NCBI RefSeq assembly: GCF_009914755.1
Contig: NC_060944.1
Length of the DNA stretch: 64,000 bases
From: the human T2T-CHM13v2.0 reference genome, Homo sapiens
Reading direction: 5' to 3' (one strand)
The notes under the pieces were generated by a model. It worked only from the letters and a program-made list of their open reading frames with translations, was not told where the DNA came from and searched no databases. This document shows positions 13,796-31,200 of the stretch, piece after piece (within the stretch, counting starts at the first letter, position 1; each line of letters opens with the position of its first letter). Both the position numbers and the translations under genes were made by a program.

Positions 13796-15062
13796 CTATT
13801 CAGAACAAGACAGGGCACAGGCAATGTTTCATGCAACAAAGCTTTATTGGGTAAATTTGTGCCAAATACTCTTCTAAGACCCGGTAATTTTTTTTTTAAT
13901 GATAAGACCTAGTTACTGTCCTCAAATTTTTTAAGAATTTTAACATATATTTTAATTTTCGTAGTGGTTAACAGGTCTAGAACTTACTAGCTGTTTGACC
14001 TTGGGAAGTTAGTTAACATCTTTGTGCCTTTTTCTCTGTCTATGTGTGTATGTGTGTATGTGTGTACTAGCTTATTTTGGAAAGTTTTAAACACACATCA
14101 AAGTGCAGAGAGTAATAAATTCCCCATGTATCTGTCAACCAGATTCAGTAATTATCAACTCATGGTCAAATGTGGTTTTTGTTTAAAGGACGTCCCTTTC
14201 CCCTTTATGCCTCAACTATTGGGTTATTTTGAAGTTAATTCTGGATTTCATACTATTTTCATCTGTCAGCCCTTCCTTGGGTACCTCTAAAATTTATCAT
14301 AACCATAGCACCATCATCACACACAAAAAATAATAATTCTTTAATTTTATAAACTAGCCAGTGTTCCAATTTTCTCGATCACATCATACACATTGTCTTT
14401 CAAATCAGGATCCAAACAAGGTCCACACATCACATTTGATTGATATGTCTCTTAAATCTCTCTTAATGTGCAAGTTCATATCCCTCTCTCCAACCCTCAC
14501 TCTTGCAATTTATTTGTTGGGACAACTAGATTGTTCTGTAAAATCGCCATCCTGAATTTGGTTGATTGCACCCTGTATCATTTAATACATCACTCTGTCC
14601 TTTGATTTTTTTGAAAATCGAGTCAAGTCCTCTTCCCACTCCAAGGATGCTACCTAGGCCATAGGTGGTGCTATGTGTATCCTGCCAGGAGGCCCAGAAT
14701 GTCTGGTGCTCTGCTTCTTCCAGGCCATGGCTGATGAGTGGGTTTAAGTATTGTCAGCCCAATCCATCTATTAGTAAGTGTTCCTCATTAGCTTTTCACC
14801 TCATGACTTTTGCAGCCCTCGATCTACTATTTTAGTAGGAGTTGGAAGGTGGTAACTCCTACATGCGTTACCTGCCTGGAACCCTTCTGTGCTGAAAACC
14901 TCCCCTGAGCTATTGTATGGTTACCTTGAGATACAGTCCACACCTGGATAGCAGGACAAATGCATGTTTGTTTCCGTCTTTATTCACTGGAATTCCAAAA
15001 AGTTGACAAATTAGGTTTCTTTGGTTTGTTGGTTTGGTCTTAGCATTATTTTTTAGTAATAA

Positions 15063-15525
15063 AATAGTTCTCCTCCTTTTCCGTGGTTTCACTTTCCAAG
15101 TTTCAGTTACCCATATTAAGCCTTGATCTGAAAATATGATCTGGAAATGAAAATTTCCAGATATAAACCATTCATAAGTTTTAAATTGCACACCGTTCTG
15201 AGGAGTGCAGTGAAAGGAGGAGTTCTGGGTCTGGGGCAGTGAAAATGTAGGATAAATTAGAAGCATCCTGTAGGGTAGGAAACCCAGAAAGCTGTGAGAC
15301 TCCTGAAATTATGTCAAAAAGACTCAGGACCCAACATGAAGGAGCTTCCCATGAGGAGTGTGATGAAATCTCATTCTGTTTCGGCTCCATCCTGGGCAGT
15401 TGTGAATTATCCCTTTTTCCAGCATCTTCACACTGTCCCCCGACCCTTTGAGTAACTGAGAAGCCCTCTTGGTCATCAGATGAAAACAACAGCATATATA
15501 GTCTTCAGAAAAGGGAGGACTACTG
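15063..15525 (+). mobile_element. MER44 (Tigger7-derived) carrying an inverted insertion
   Basis: CCGTGGTTTCACTTTCC...TTCATAAGTTTTAAATTGCACACCGTTCTGAG...GGACTACTG then TA. Confidence 0.8.
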
Positions 15526-15742
15526 TATTATGAGTGTATTTTTTAACACATTTGTTTTTCAATCTTCTTTTTGTTTTGTTTTGTTTTGAGACTCAGTTCT
15601 TTTTATCTTTGGCCAAGGGGAGCTCCTTCATGTTGGCTCCTGAGTCTTTTTGACATAATTTCAGGAGTCTCACAGCTTTCTGGATTTCCTACCCTACAGG
15701 ATGCTTCTAATTCATCCTACATTTTCACTGCCCCAGACCCAG
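15225..15742. repeat. 126-bp inverted repeat (15225-15350 / 15617-15742)
   Basis: 122/126 identity; near-identical peptide appears on both strands of the ORF track. Confidence 0.95.
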
Positions 15743-17316
15743 GATCCCCCATTTCTCCCAAGAGCCCTGGTTCTTCTCAGAGGAAAATGACATTCAAAGA
15801 GCACAGTCTAGGTGCTGGAGTTACCTAGTAATACAGAGCTGGTCTTTGCTTATTGGTGTTTTCATTGGGCAGAGACAGGAAATATGCTTGCTTCCTAAGA
15901 AAAAAATGCGTAATGGGTTTCTACTGCTATTAGCAAATTAAATTTATGGTTTCAAGGTTATTACTTGATTCTTTGATTTAACATGTAGTTTTACTTTTAT
16001 GCTAGAAAAATTGGTTCCTAATGATATTAACATAATTACCTTTTTGTTTTAATTCTTCAGCTTTGTTGAGGTGTGATTGACAAAAATTGCATACATTTAG
16101 GGTGTACAACTTGATATTTTGATATACATTTATATTTTGAAATGATTACTAAAATCAAGCTAATTAACACAACCATCATCTCAAATAGTTACCTATTTTG
16201 TGTGTGTGTGTGTGCGCGTGTCTGTGTGTGCGTGAAGGCACATGAAATCTACTTTCAGCATATATGAAGTGTATGTCATTATTAACTATAGTCACCATGT
16301 TATGTATTAGGTGTCCAGTACTTATTCTTTAATTTTAATCATGTTTACGTATCCAGGTGCATATGATTAATCATATATGTGCATGCATGTGAATGTGTGT
16401 CAGAATGATACCACTATAATCATTTGTATATATGTATGATTAATCACATAGACATATATGTGTGAGAGAGAAAAAAATACCAGTTATTACTAAAATAATT
16501 TTGCCCTTATAATGTAACCTATTAAGGATATACAATCAAATTACCATGTTTTAAAGTCACTTAAAATATTTTTTCTCTGAGTGGTTGAGATACCAATCAA
16601 TACCCATTAGGCTGACTTGTTTTATTTCACTTTTTATTTTAGGGATTGCTTTTTTTAAGTATTTGTTTCATTTTTGTTTTAAAACTGTGAAACTTAAATC
16701 AAGACATACTCAGGGAAGTTTAGCTTACATCTCTGCCTCTTGACCCGTTTCTTCCTTTACCCTATGGATAACCTATTATTTTTCATGTTCTAATTTGTCC
16801 TTTCATTGATTATAAGATAAACAAATGTGTATATGCATTTGTATAATGCCCATTCCTTAGATAATATGTGGATACTATATACTGTTCTATACCTTGCTTT
16901 TTCACTTAAAAATATATTCAGGAAATCACTCCATGGAAGAGTATTAAGATATTCCCCTCTTTTAAGCATTTGCATAGTCCTACATGGTGTGCACATTCCA
17001 CTGCTTATTAAATTGGTTGTCTACCAGTGGACGTATGGGTTGTTCCCAATCTTCTGCTGTTTTAGATAGGACTTCAATGAATAGCCTTGTACATATGGCT
17101 TTTTAAAAAATATTTTTAGAGCTATATTTTTTGGATAGATTCCCAAAAGAGGGAGCAGAGCACTAGATCAAAGGGTAGCTGCATAGATAATTGTGTCCTA
17201 CCTTGCTACATTCCACATACCATTTTGTTTTCTAACCAGCAACGTTTAAACATGCTTCTCTCCCCACAGCAAAACCAAGAGATGATTTTTGTCACCCTAA
17301 TAGGCAGGCAATAATA

Positions 17317-17829
17317 TCTCCTTTACCACAAAATGGCAGATTGTCAGAGCAACTCAAGCAAGTCAGATGTTACCTACCACTAGACTACACTAATGATTCA
17401 AAAACTAAAGCAAGTAGCAACAAAGACACAGCATGCTTCTCTATAGGGACCCCAACCCATCAGATGCAGCTTCCAGAAAAATAGTTCTCTTTCTCACATT
17501 GGAACATGTTTTGATGTCAAAGTAAGACAAATACTAACAATACGTGTGATATACATCAGCTCAGAGGAAGCTTTAAACACTTTGGTGCTTCTTTGTTTTT
17601 ATTCTCTTGTTAGTCATGCAGAGAGACAGTCTATGCAACCCAGCTTCCATTCTGCCACTAGCTCTGCTCTATATGTTAATAAATTCTGGGCCATTTATGA
17701 CAAACATGGTAGACAAACCTGGTGTATCTTGGTAAAAGCTTTAGAAAGTTTAAAAGGAGATCTGTTTAAGGTTAATCCTCCCAGAGTGAGAGGCAGGGAG
17801 TCACAGATCTGCTATTGATTCTCTCCTTT
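17317..17829 (+). other. unidentified ~0.5-kb insert in L1 with 8-bp direct repeats and a TAG-interrupted reading frame 17333-17818
   Basis: L1 homology stops at ...AATATCTC and resumes at ...GATTTTTAACTAGC; TCTCCTTT at 17317-24 and 17822-29. Confidence 0.6.
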
Positions 17830-18876
17830 CCAAGTGATTTTTAACTAGCGTCTTATTTATGAGTCCAGTTTGAGCACCTTATATTATGTTAAAGTATATT
17901 TGTATTTTTACTGTGAACCATCTGTTCATATCCATTGCTTGTTTTTCTCATAGAATTGTTGAACTTTTTTTTAGAGTCTTTTTCTGTCTTAAGGGTATAT
18001 AAATTGCACATATTTTTTTCCTGTTTTGTAATTTACATTTTTAGTTTGCTTATAGTGCAAAAGTTTATTTTTAAGTAACTAAATTCAGAGTCCTTTCCTT
18101 TTTTGCATGCGGACTTTGAATTATTATTAGGAAACCTTTATCATAATTTATAGAGAGATTCATCAATGTTTCCTTATATTAATATTTGTATTGTTTCATT
18201 TTTTTCATTACATGTAAATCTTTGACCATTTGGAAATCATCATTGCACACAGTTTGAGAATTATATCTAACTTTATATTTTTCCATAGAGTAATCCAATT
18301 ATTTGAACATCACTTATGAAAACATCCCTTTTTACCCAATTGAGTTAAAATACTGATTTTTTTGTGTGTACTAAATTTGTTTATCCAATTGGATTAATTT
18401 CTGGATTTCTCTTCTGATTCATTGTTCTCTATATCCACCCATGCACCAATATCACATTGTTTTATTGGAAAGGCTTTATATATGTTTTAATATCTGGTAG
18501 GACTGGCTATTTCCCATTCCACCATTATTCTTTTTTTTTAAGGGTTTTCCTGATGGTTTTTGCTTCTTTGATTGGCCAAATAAGCTTTATAATAAACTTG
18601 TCTAGCTCCAAAAAATGTTTTTGTATTTTTACTGGAATGATTGTTGAATTTATAAATCGAGTTACAGAGAATTGACATTTTTATAATACCATTTCTTCAA
18701 ATGACACTGTCTCTTTTTTTTTGTTCAAGTTAATTTTCGTGTCCTTCAGGAGTATTTTATAGTTTTCTTAATAGTTCTTGAACGTTTCTTGTTAAGTTTA
18801 CTTCTATGTTATTCACTCATTTATCTTTATTTTTCTTCTCTCTCATTATATCTTCTACAGTTTATCAACTTATATA

Positions 18877-19472
18877 CAGTAAGTCCTCACTTAGTATCAT
18901 CAGTAGGTTCTTGGAAACTTCAACCGAAACAACATATAATGAAACCAATTTGATCATAGGCTGGTTGATATAAATGGTGACTAAGTTCCTACAGCAAATT
19001 TCTGGTCACAAAAACATAACCAAACTTCAAAATAAAGATCAAAACATTTCTAATATTAAGCACTGAAACAAATGTGAGCTATACATACATTTAAGAAAGA
19101 TTAATAAAAACAAGTAAGACAATTATTTATTCAATGATTCCAGTTCAGGGTCTCAGTTGGCTGGAGCCTGTCCCCAAAGCTCAGGGCACCAGGTGGGACC
19201 CAACCTGCCCAGGACACCATCCCATCACAGAACGCACTTACATACACCCAACACCCACTCATACTGGGACCATAGTCAGGCCAATTCACCTAATGAGCAC
19301 AGCTGTGAGACGTGGGAGGAAACTTGAGTAGCCAAAGAAAACCCTCGCAGACACAGGGAGAATGTGCCAACTCCATACAGACAGTGGCCCCAGCTGGGAA
19401 CTGATTATTTTTTCTCATCAACATAGCGAAACAGCACTAAAGGAAGCAACAACATTATTCAAAGACCTGCTG
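18877..19472 (+). mobile_element. MER82 (Tigger family)
   Basis: TA-CAGTAAGTCCTCACTTA ... AAGACCTGCTG-TA. Confidence 0.85.
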
Positions 19473-19599
19473 TACATGTAAAAGCTATTGGTTTTAGTAT
19501 GTTGATTTTATACCTGCTACTTTAATATACTATTTTATTGTCTGTAGAAATTTTCCACTGTTGTGTTTAGGTTTTCCAGATATATAAATATGTCATCTA

Positions 19600-19800
19600 A
19601 CATAAAGATGGCAATGATGGAAACTGGGGACTAACGGTTGAAAAACGAATGAACAGATACCACCCTCAGTACCTGGGTGATAGGATTAATTGTACCCCTA
19701 ACCTCAGAGTAATACAATATGCCCAGGTAACAAACCTGCACATGTACCCCAGAATCTAAAATAAAAGTTAAAATTCTAAATAAATAAAAACTAAAATTAA
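19600..19800 (+). mobile_element. L1P 3' end
   Basis: GTAACAAACCTGCACATGTACCCCAGAATCTAAAATAAAAG. Confidence 0.8.
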
Positions 19801-20669
19801 AAAATTAAGAAATGAAAAATTTAAAGTATTTTCACCTCTGGAAAAAAAACACATCATTTGAAAATAGGCATAGTTTTGCCTCCTTTTTTCTAATTCTTAC
19901 ACTTCTAATTACTTTTTCTTATTGTGCCAGTTTCTTAAACTGCAAAATGAAAGCAATAATTTTATCTATTTTATAATTTTGCTGTGTGTATTAAGGATAT
20001 AAAATATGTGAAATGCTTACAGCAATGCCTGGAATGTAATAAGCCCCTAATCAATATTGCATAATTATTTCAACATATACGCATATGTATATGTTCATAT
20101 ATATATATGAATTCTTGTGTTTGATAAAATAAGCCCTCTAGAGTTAAGCAGTTTTTTCTAATGTCAAGCATTTGCATACCTGCAATTTGGAACTCTGTAC
20201 ATTAAAATCACTTTCTGAAGAGATTAGTCTTTGCAAAACTTTGGTCATTTATGTGTCATCTTCCCAAGTTTTGCCATATCCATGTATCATATTATTTCTA
20301 TTCTTACTTATTTAATGCTTTTCTTTAAATGGAAACGTCCTCTTTTTTCCTTTCGTATGTAAATATATATGTGAATATATTATATATAAATTAATACAAA
20401 TATAATATGTCACTGGCTTAAAAGGAGAAACAATATTTTTCAGATACATATGAAAACAAAGGCATTAGTTTTTTGTAAAAAAGTTCAACACCTGAAGTCA
20501 CTTCACATCCAAAATGTTGGGAAACTAGTGAATTTATACTTTAAGCATCAGTCTTTTTTTCACCATGTTAGATAGTTGACAAGCTTAATTTTAAAATCCT
20601 CTTGAGTGGATTTTATAATCAGTTAATGACAATTAGAATATAAACTCTACAAAGGTGAGATCTTTGGTT

Positions 20670-20731
20670 TTATTTTTTGTTGTTGAAACAGGGTTATATT
20701 CATCAGGTTTCTCTAGACGGACAGAACTAAT

Positions 20732-20781
<50 letters not shown>

Positions 20782-21275
20782 AACTTATTAGGTAGTATTA
20801 GCTTACATGATCACAGGGTCCCACAATAGGCCATCTGCAAGCTAAGGATCAAGGAGAGCCAGTCCGAGTCCCAAAGCTGAAGAACCTGGAGTCTGATGCT
20901 CAAGGGCAGGAAGCATCCAGCACAGGAGAAAGATGTAGGCTGGAAGGCTAAGCCACTCTAGCCTTTTTAGGTTTTTCTGCCCTCTTTATATCCTGGCCGC
21001 ACTGGCAGCTGATTAGATGGTGCCCATCCAGATTAAGGAGGGGTCTGCCTTTCCCAAGCCACTGACTCAAATGTTAATATCCTTTGACAACACCCTCACA
21101 GACATATCCAGGAACAATACTTGGCATCCTTCAATCCAATCAGGTTGACATTCTGTATGAACCATCACAAGGGTCTTGCTGTGTTGCCTAGGCTGGTCTT
21201 GAACTTTTGGGCTCAAGCAATCCCCTTGCCTTGGCCTCCCTAGTAGCTGGGATTATAGGTGCATGGCACCAACCC
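20670..21275 (-). mobile_element. FLAM/Alu monomer split by MLT2A
   Basis: GAAACAGGGT|AGGGTCTTGCTGTGTTGCC; imperfect TSD CAAAGGT(GA/AG)GATCTTTGGT. Confidence 0.8.
20695..21169. mobile_element. MLT2A (ERVL) solo LTR with (TA)n
   Basis: CTCTAGACGGACAGAACTAATAGGA...AACCATCACA; 5-bp TSD AGGGT. Confidence 0.9.
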
Positions 21276-22199
21276 AAAGGTAGGATCTTTGGTCTTATTC
21301 ACTGCTCAATAAATATTTGTGGAATTAATTAATTGATTCAGTTATTTACTCTCTTCACTTTCTTTGTGCCATGCTTTGTGGGTGAAATGGGAATTGTGAT
21401 AACATGTTTCACTATGATGGTTATGGTTATTGGGCATTCCGTAGAGGAAATGGAAGAACTGGGAAACTTTGGGTCACTTCTAGGAAATTCATAAAGAAAT
21501 AAAGAATCCCATTGTTCGTGGCTACTTGTGTTTTTAAGAGCTTTTCCTCAGGATATTTGGCTTTGATACTGAAGCACGTCCTCATTCACATTTTTTTCCC
21601 TTGCTTCTGGAAGTTTCCCTGTAGGTTAATTTGAGCCAGGAGGTTTTAAATTTTTGCAGAGGGCAGTGCTGATGCTATCACAATATAATTGGAAATTTTA
21701 AAATGTGGGGTAAAATCCAGCTAGGGTATATTTGGCTTTGGTTGGATCTGCAACTTACATAACCAGCAATAACTTGGTCCCAAATGCTGAATGTTGCCTA
21801 TAATTAGAAAGACCCACTTTTATAATTGAGGGTTAAAATTATTGTAACCAGTGTTTAATGGGATTACTTAAGGTATTCTTATAATCAAGATTGTGTAGGC
21901 ATCCTGTTTATGTCTTTTGAAGTAAGATTCACAAAAATTGTCCCTTTAAGAAAATAAGGCCACTTTATAAAGCATGTTTCTCTTATGTTCTACTTTGCTA
22001 AATGACATAGTTTGTAAGTTTTCAAAGAGCCATCTGCATTCTATAATTAGAGCAGTATATTTTTCTTCCAAACATTTGACAAATTAAGGATCCCAAGGTC
22101 TCAAACATTCACAGCATGTGCATAATGCTAGAAGCTTCTATATATATCACTTCAAGATTAGGATAGGCCATTAGTAGGAAAAACAAGATTAAAAGAAAA

Positions 22200-23200
22200 A
22201 AAAGAACTAGACTTGGAGCAATACTTGAGTTTAAAGTCATGGCTCAGCCATTCACCAGCTTGGGAAATTCTCTGAACTTCAGTGGGCTTTAGTTTCTCTG
22301 CAAAATTGGAAGAGTAGAACAGGGAAGATAAGAAAGGGTCTGAAAGGGAGAGTAGCTCAGTTCAACAAATATTTTCCCGAGTATCTTTCATGTGTCAGGT
22401 TCTTCCTAAGTTTAGATGAGAGAAAAATAGAATAGACTCCTTACCTTTAGGAAGTATATAGTCTATTTTGCAAGACAAGAAAATGAAGGTAATTATAGCA
22501 TAGAGAGGGAGAGAGTGTCAAAATGTAAAATAAGTGTGGATGAGAGGCCATAGGATAAGTAGATAACCATTTCTTCATTTATTTATACAATGGATATTGA
22601 TTGGCACCCTTTCTGTGCCAGAGACTGATGACACTGGAGATCCACCATTGAATAAAACAAAAAAATGCTTCTGCTTTCATGGATAAGTGCCATTTCATAC
22701 ATGCCGTGGGTTGGCTGGGGGCACAAGGACTATGAAAAAGAATAAAGTGGGGATAAAAAAGCAGAGAAGGAGGTGAGGGTAGAAAGAGGAGATGTCTATG
22801 ATAAGAGGATGCTTAAGCCAAGGCTTTCAGGAGGTAAGAGAGTGAGCCATCTGTCAGAAGTGTGTTCCAGCAGATGAAAGTGTGACCTTCAAGCTCTGAG
22901 GTTGGAGTGTACTTGGAGAATAACAATAAATGAGAATGGAGCATAAATATTTTAGGGCCTCACCGGCCGTGGTAAGGATTTCAGATTTTACTCTGTGGGT
23001 AATGGGGGCCGTCCGGTTTTTTAGACAAAGAGTGACATGACTCTGGCTTCTGTGTGAGGCAAGGTTATTAAGGAAAGAAGGTGAGACAATTGGACAGATA
23101 CCAGATGCTATGACTCCTAAAGGAAAGGGTACTTTTACATCTGGATGTGGTGTAATGGCTGGAGAGAGGCTAGGACAGTGCTGAGCCATGGCTTGGCCTG
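22200..23200. mobile_element. MIR plus L2 fragments
   Basis: CTGCAAAATTGG; TTCAACAAATATT; GGTAAGGATTTCAGATTTTACTCTG. Confidence 0.65.
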
Positions 23201-24209
23201 TGGAAACTGGGGTGTGGAAGAAAGTATCACTCTCCTTCAATGGTCTACAGAAATACAAAGACTCCAGTTGATACCAATAAATAGAACAGATGATAAGGAG
23301 GTAGATTGAGGAAGTAGGGGGATGCATGGTAGTGATTTAACTGGTTTTCCAAGGAGCGCAAGGTTTTGGAAGAGGGGAAGAAGAAGGAGGTAGAGAAACA
23401 TAAAACAGTACTTGGATAAAAAGTGTTCACAGGAGGATAGCCGGCCTGAGGAGCTTCCATTTTCTGTAGCAAAAATACGTAGCTGGGATAGAAGAGCCAA
23501 TGATGATAAATTGAGATTCAAGTTCCAGTGCAGCTATGAAGTCTGTGAAGGCAATTTTTCAATAAATGCTAATTTAAAACTACGTATTTAGAATTTTTCC
23601 TACCACACGCAAATCCTTTACCATGATAATTTCATGCTTCAGAAACATATTATCTAAAATAATTAAAGATTTGGGCAAAGATTTAATTATAAATGTATGT
23701 AATGCAGCATCATTAATAACAACTTAATTTTTTAGAGTCAATGAGTCTAGCAGCATGCATTGTTAAATGTATAATAGTATATCCTCACAATATATATTAG
23801 CTCACAATATATACAATATTGATTATGTACAATGATATATAATAAAATGGAACATATCTATGGTACATTATTAATCAAACAATGCAAGTTAAAAACAAGT
23901 TTCTTATTTTCCATTAACATATGAGGATCTTCACATGTCATATCTGAGATTTCTTTATCAGGAATCTGTGGTTGAGGAGAAAGTAAAAGTGATATAATAA
24001 TTTTATATAGTATAAACACAACAATGAATAAACTACTTCAAAAAGTAATCCTTGCTTAAATATTGCTCCCTCCTCAAAACCAGTGCCCATCGCAATAATG
24101 TCCTAGTTGTGATACAAAGTTGACTTTTGGATGTTCTAAATATGAGGGGACTTCAAAAAGTTTATGGAAAAATTGAATTAAAATATAAAAATAAAAAATA
24201 CAAACGTTA

Positions 24210-25576
<1,367 letters not shown>

Positions 25577-26109
25577 GTTTCTCTGATGGGGCTCTTTTTC
25601 AAACTGATGTCTTACCATTCTTAGTGCCTCCAAATAGATCCCGTTCAGACATTTGATAACAAATTAGTACAATTTTATTTTGGTGCAAAAAAAAATTGAA
25701 ATTCATACATAGCTTTTTCATAATACATATTTTTCATGACCTTTTTGAAGACCCCTTGTATCTGAAAGGGATCACAAAAAGGACCATATGTGTTCACTGG
25801 TTATTGTAAACCACAAAAAGGGCCCTAATATTCACCAATTTCAATCCCAGAATGTGGTTCTCCATATGTTGTCTTTCTTGATGCATTTGGTGTCTTCATA
25901 TACACACTAATAAAGGTTCTCTCTTGACCTGGTTCATCTATGGGTTTTCTTATTGTTCCAGTACCAGGGAAAGGCAGACAAGTCTTGACGAGTCTTTAAG
26001 TGAGGGCAGAGCAAGATGGATAAAAATCTACCAATTTAGATTGGTAGATTGTGATGAAGGTTCAGATCTTCATCATCCTCTTCGCTCTTTCCTTCCTCAT
26101 CCCGTCAGA

Positions 26110-26335
26110 GAGGTAGTATAATATGGGAATTAAGAGCCAGACTCTGGAGTCAGACTTCAATTTCTAACTAAGCAAATATCCTCGGGTTATTACTTATTCT
26201 CTTCACTCATCTATAAAATGGAGTAAAACATTTTATTTGTTTCACAGGATGGATGTGAGTCTTCAATGAGGTGGTATGTGTAAAGTGCTTACAAGAGGGA
26301 TGGGCATATATTAGGCTCCAATTTTATGTTAGCTA
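26110..26335 (+). mobile_element. MIR
   Basis: GACTCTGGAGTCAGAC...CTCATCTATAAAATGG...TGTAAAGTGCTT. Confidence 0.8.
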
Positions 26336-26859
26336 CCATCTCCACCACACCTGAAACCAACACCACATCTTCATCATCACACCTGCCACCATGAGCATCA
26401 TCATTCCCACCACCATTATGATCGCCATCCAATCAATGGTGCTGAGTGACAATGTCCACTTTCAAAATCAACCCTTCTAAATAATTTTCACTGTTAGATT
26501 TATTTTTAAAATTATATTTAAGCTCACCAGGTGGGCCACAATATCTAATAATTTAGTAGTAACTTCCATATCATACTACCTTTACTATTAAATGTTTAGC
26601 ATTCAATAGCCATCATTATTAAACAGCTAAAATGATAATATTGATATTTGACTTGCTCCATTATTCCATTTCCATGTTTTAGATAAAAGCCCTGAATTTA
26701 AGTGTTCGATTTTTCAAAGTATTTGAGAATAAATCTATAGTGTTACAGGAATTTAAAGTAATAAATTATACCATATAAAATGCTTATCTTCCATTTCTGA
26801 TCCAAACAATCTTGTATGTCTGTCTTCAGTATTAAAGGAAATTGAGGCTTATTATACCT

Positions 26860-27300
26860 TATTAGGGCAGAAGTGGCCTGCTCAATAATTCTTCAACTCT
26901 ACTTTTTTACTAAGACAAGCCATGGTTTTGATGAGGACAACAACATATCCACTAAAAGTGTATGTTTCCCATCATCTCTTGAAGATAGGTCTTGCCATAT
27001 GGCAAGGTCAGGCCCAGTGAGCTACGAATGGAAGTCTCTGGCTAGAACTTCCTAAGAAACACCTAAAGAACTTAACTTTCAGTACTCTTTTGTCCATTCT
27101 CCTTTTTCCTTGCTAGAATGTAGATGTAATGGCTGGAACAGCAGCAGCCATATAGTTATCATGATGCAAGCTTGAGAACAAAGCCATACATTAGAAACAG
27201 TAAAAACTGAAAAATAGGAGACTGAGATGTAAGAATAATCTGCATTATCTAGACTATCTACCTTCAGGCCTTCCGTTAAATAAAAGAGAAATAAGCCCGT
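26860..27300. mobile_element. old ERVL/MaLR LTR (LTR33/MLT1-like)
   Basis: GATGTAATGGCTGGAACAGCAGCAGCCAT. Confidence 0.6.
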
Positions 27301-27304
27301 AGTT

Positions 27305-29165
<1,861 letters not shown>

Positions 29166-30234
29166 AACGCCTATTTTTAACCTGCGTAGTTCTTCTTGCC
29201 TCTCTTATTCTTTTCAATATGATACACTTACTAAAATAGACTATTCGAATTTGCCTTCATTTCTATATGATAGGTTAATGCTAACATATTGCTTTTTCAT
29301 AATAAAAATATTTTTCTTATTCTTATAACCAATACATTAATACATTTGTGTTAAGAAACATACACTCTTGGCCAATAACTGTGATAGACATTGTGAAGAA
29401 TGCAATGATTCTTTCAGATTTTGTATGAACTGGTAATAAGCTGCTTATAGACTGAACATTTACAAACCAGCGTGTAGTTTCATTACATTAATACATTAGC
29501 ATCCAAAGCCTGGTTATTGCAGAAAAGTTGTAATAGGAAATATCTAGCCAGATTTCCCCTAGGATATTAAAACAATATATTTTGGGCACTGAATATTTGG
29601 TAAGAATCAAGACTAAAAACTGCATCTTGCAGGGTGTCATGACTTTTTAAACCCCCTCCCCTACACATAAAGCTATTTTCCAATGACAAGGAAAGTGCAT
29701 TTTAGATGATAGTCCTAAAACTAGGCATTTCCTGTGAAATACATTACTATACATAGGAAATGTCATTTTGAGCCATAAATGCCTGTGAAAAGCCCATATT
29801 CTGAAAAAAACTATTTGTATTTAGGTCAACAACGTGTTTATTTCCCTAGATGTTTTTTGGGCTTTCTGAGTCTATCAGAGTGTTCTGCAATCCACAGAGC
29901 CTGAGTCCTTGTGGGCACAGATGTCAGAGGCATGTGTATGATTAAAAACAATCCCATCTCCAGGGAATTTTTGGCTAAATTCACAAGGGTCATGTTTTAA
30001 GGTGTAAGAATTCCCTCAATACGGTATATATGTAGTTTAAACATTGCAAAAAATGTTAAGGTATAATATTGTTCATAAACCACTGGATTTCTACAAATAA
30101 ACATGGATCTGGGAAAGACCTGGGGATTATCAGTTTTTGTAGCAAAGTCCTGCCTTGAGACATTTAATGTTCATAAACTGTTGCTTCTTTTAATGAGTAT
30201 AAACATTTGCTTCTTTAATATCCTCATGGTATAA

Positions 30235-31200
<966 letters not shown>

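Larger units (their letters stand above)
14060..18860 (-). mobile_element. old L1MC/ME, fragmented, with nested insertions
   Basis: Diverged antisense L1 3'UTR/ORF2 motifs (CAGGATCCAAACAAGGTCCACAC; GTTTGAGCACCTT; TTTATATGTTTTAATATCTGGTAGG). Confidence 0.7.

Noticed and set aside
22854-23327. Longest ORF in the track (157 aa)
   Set aside because: Pyrimidine-rich strand of an L2 remnant; no recognisable protein.
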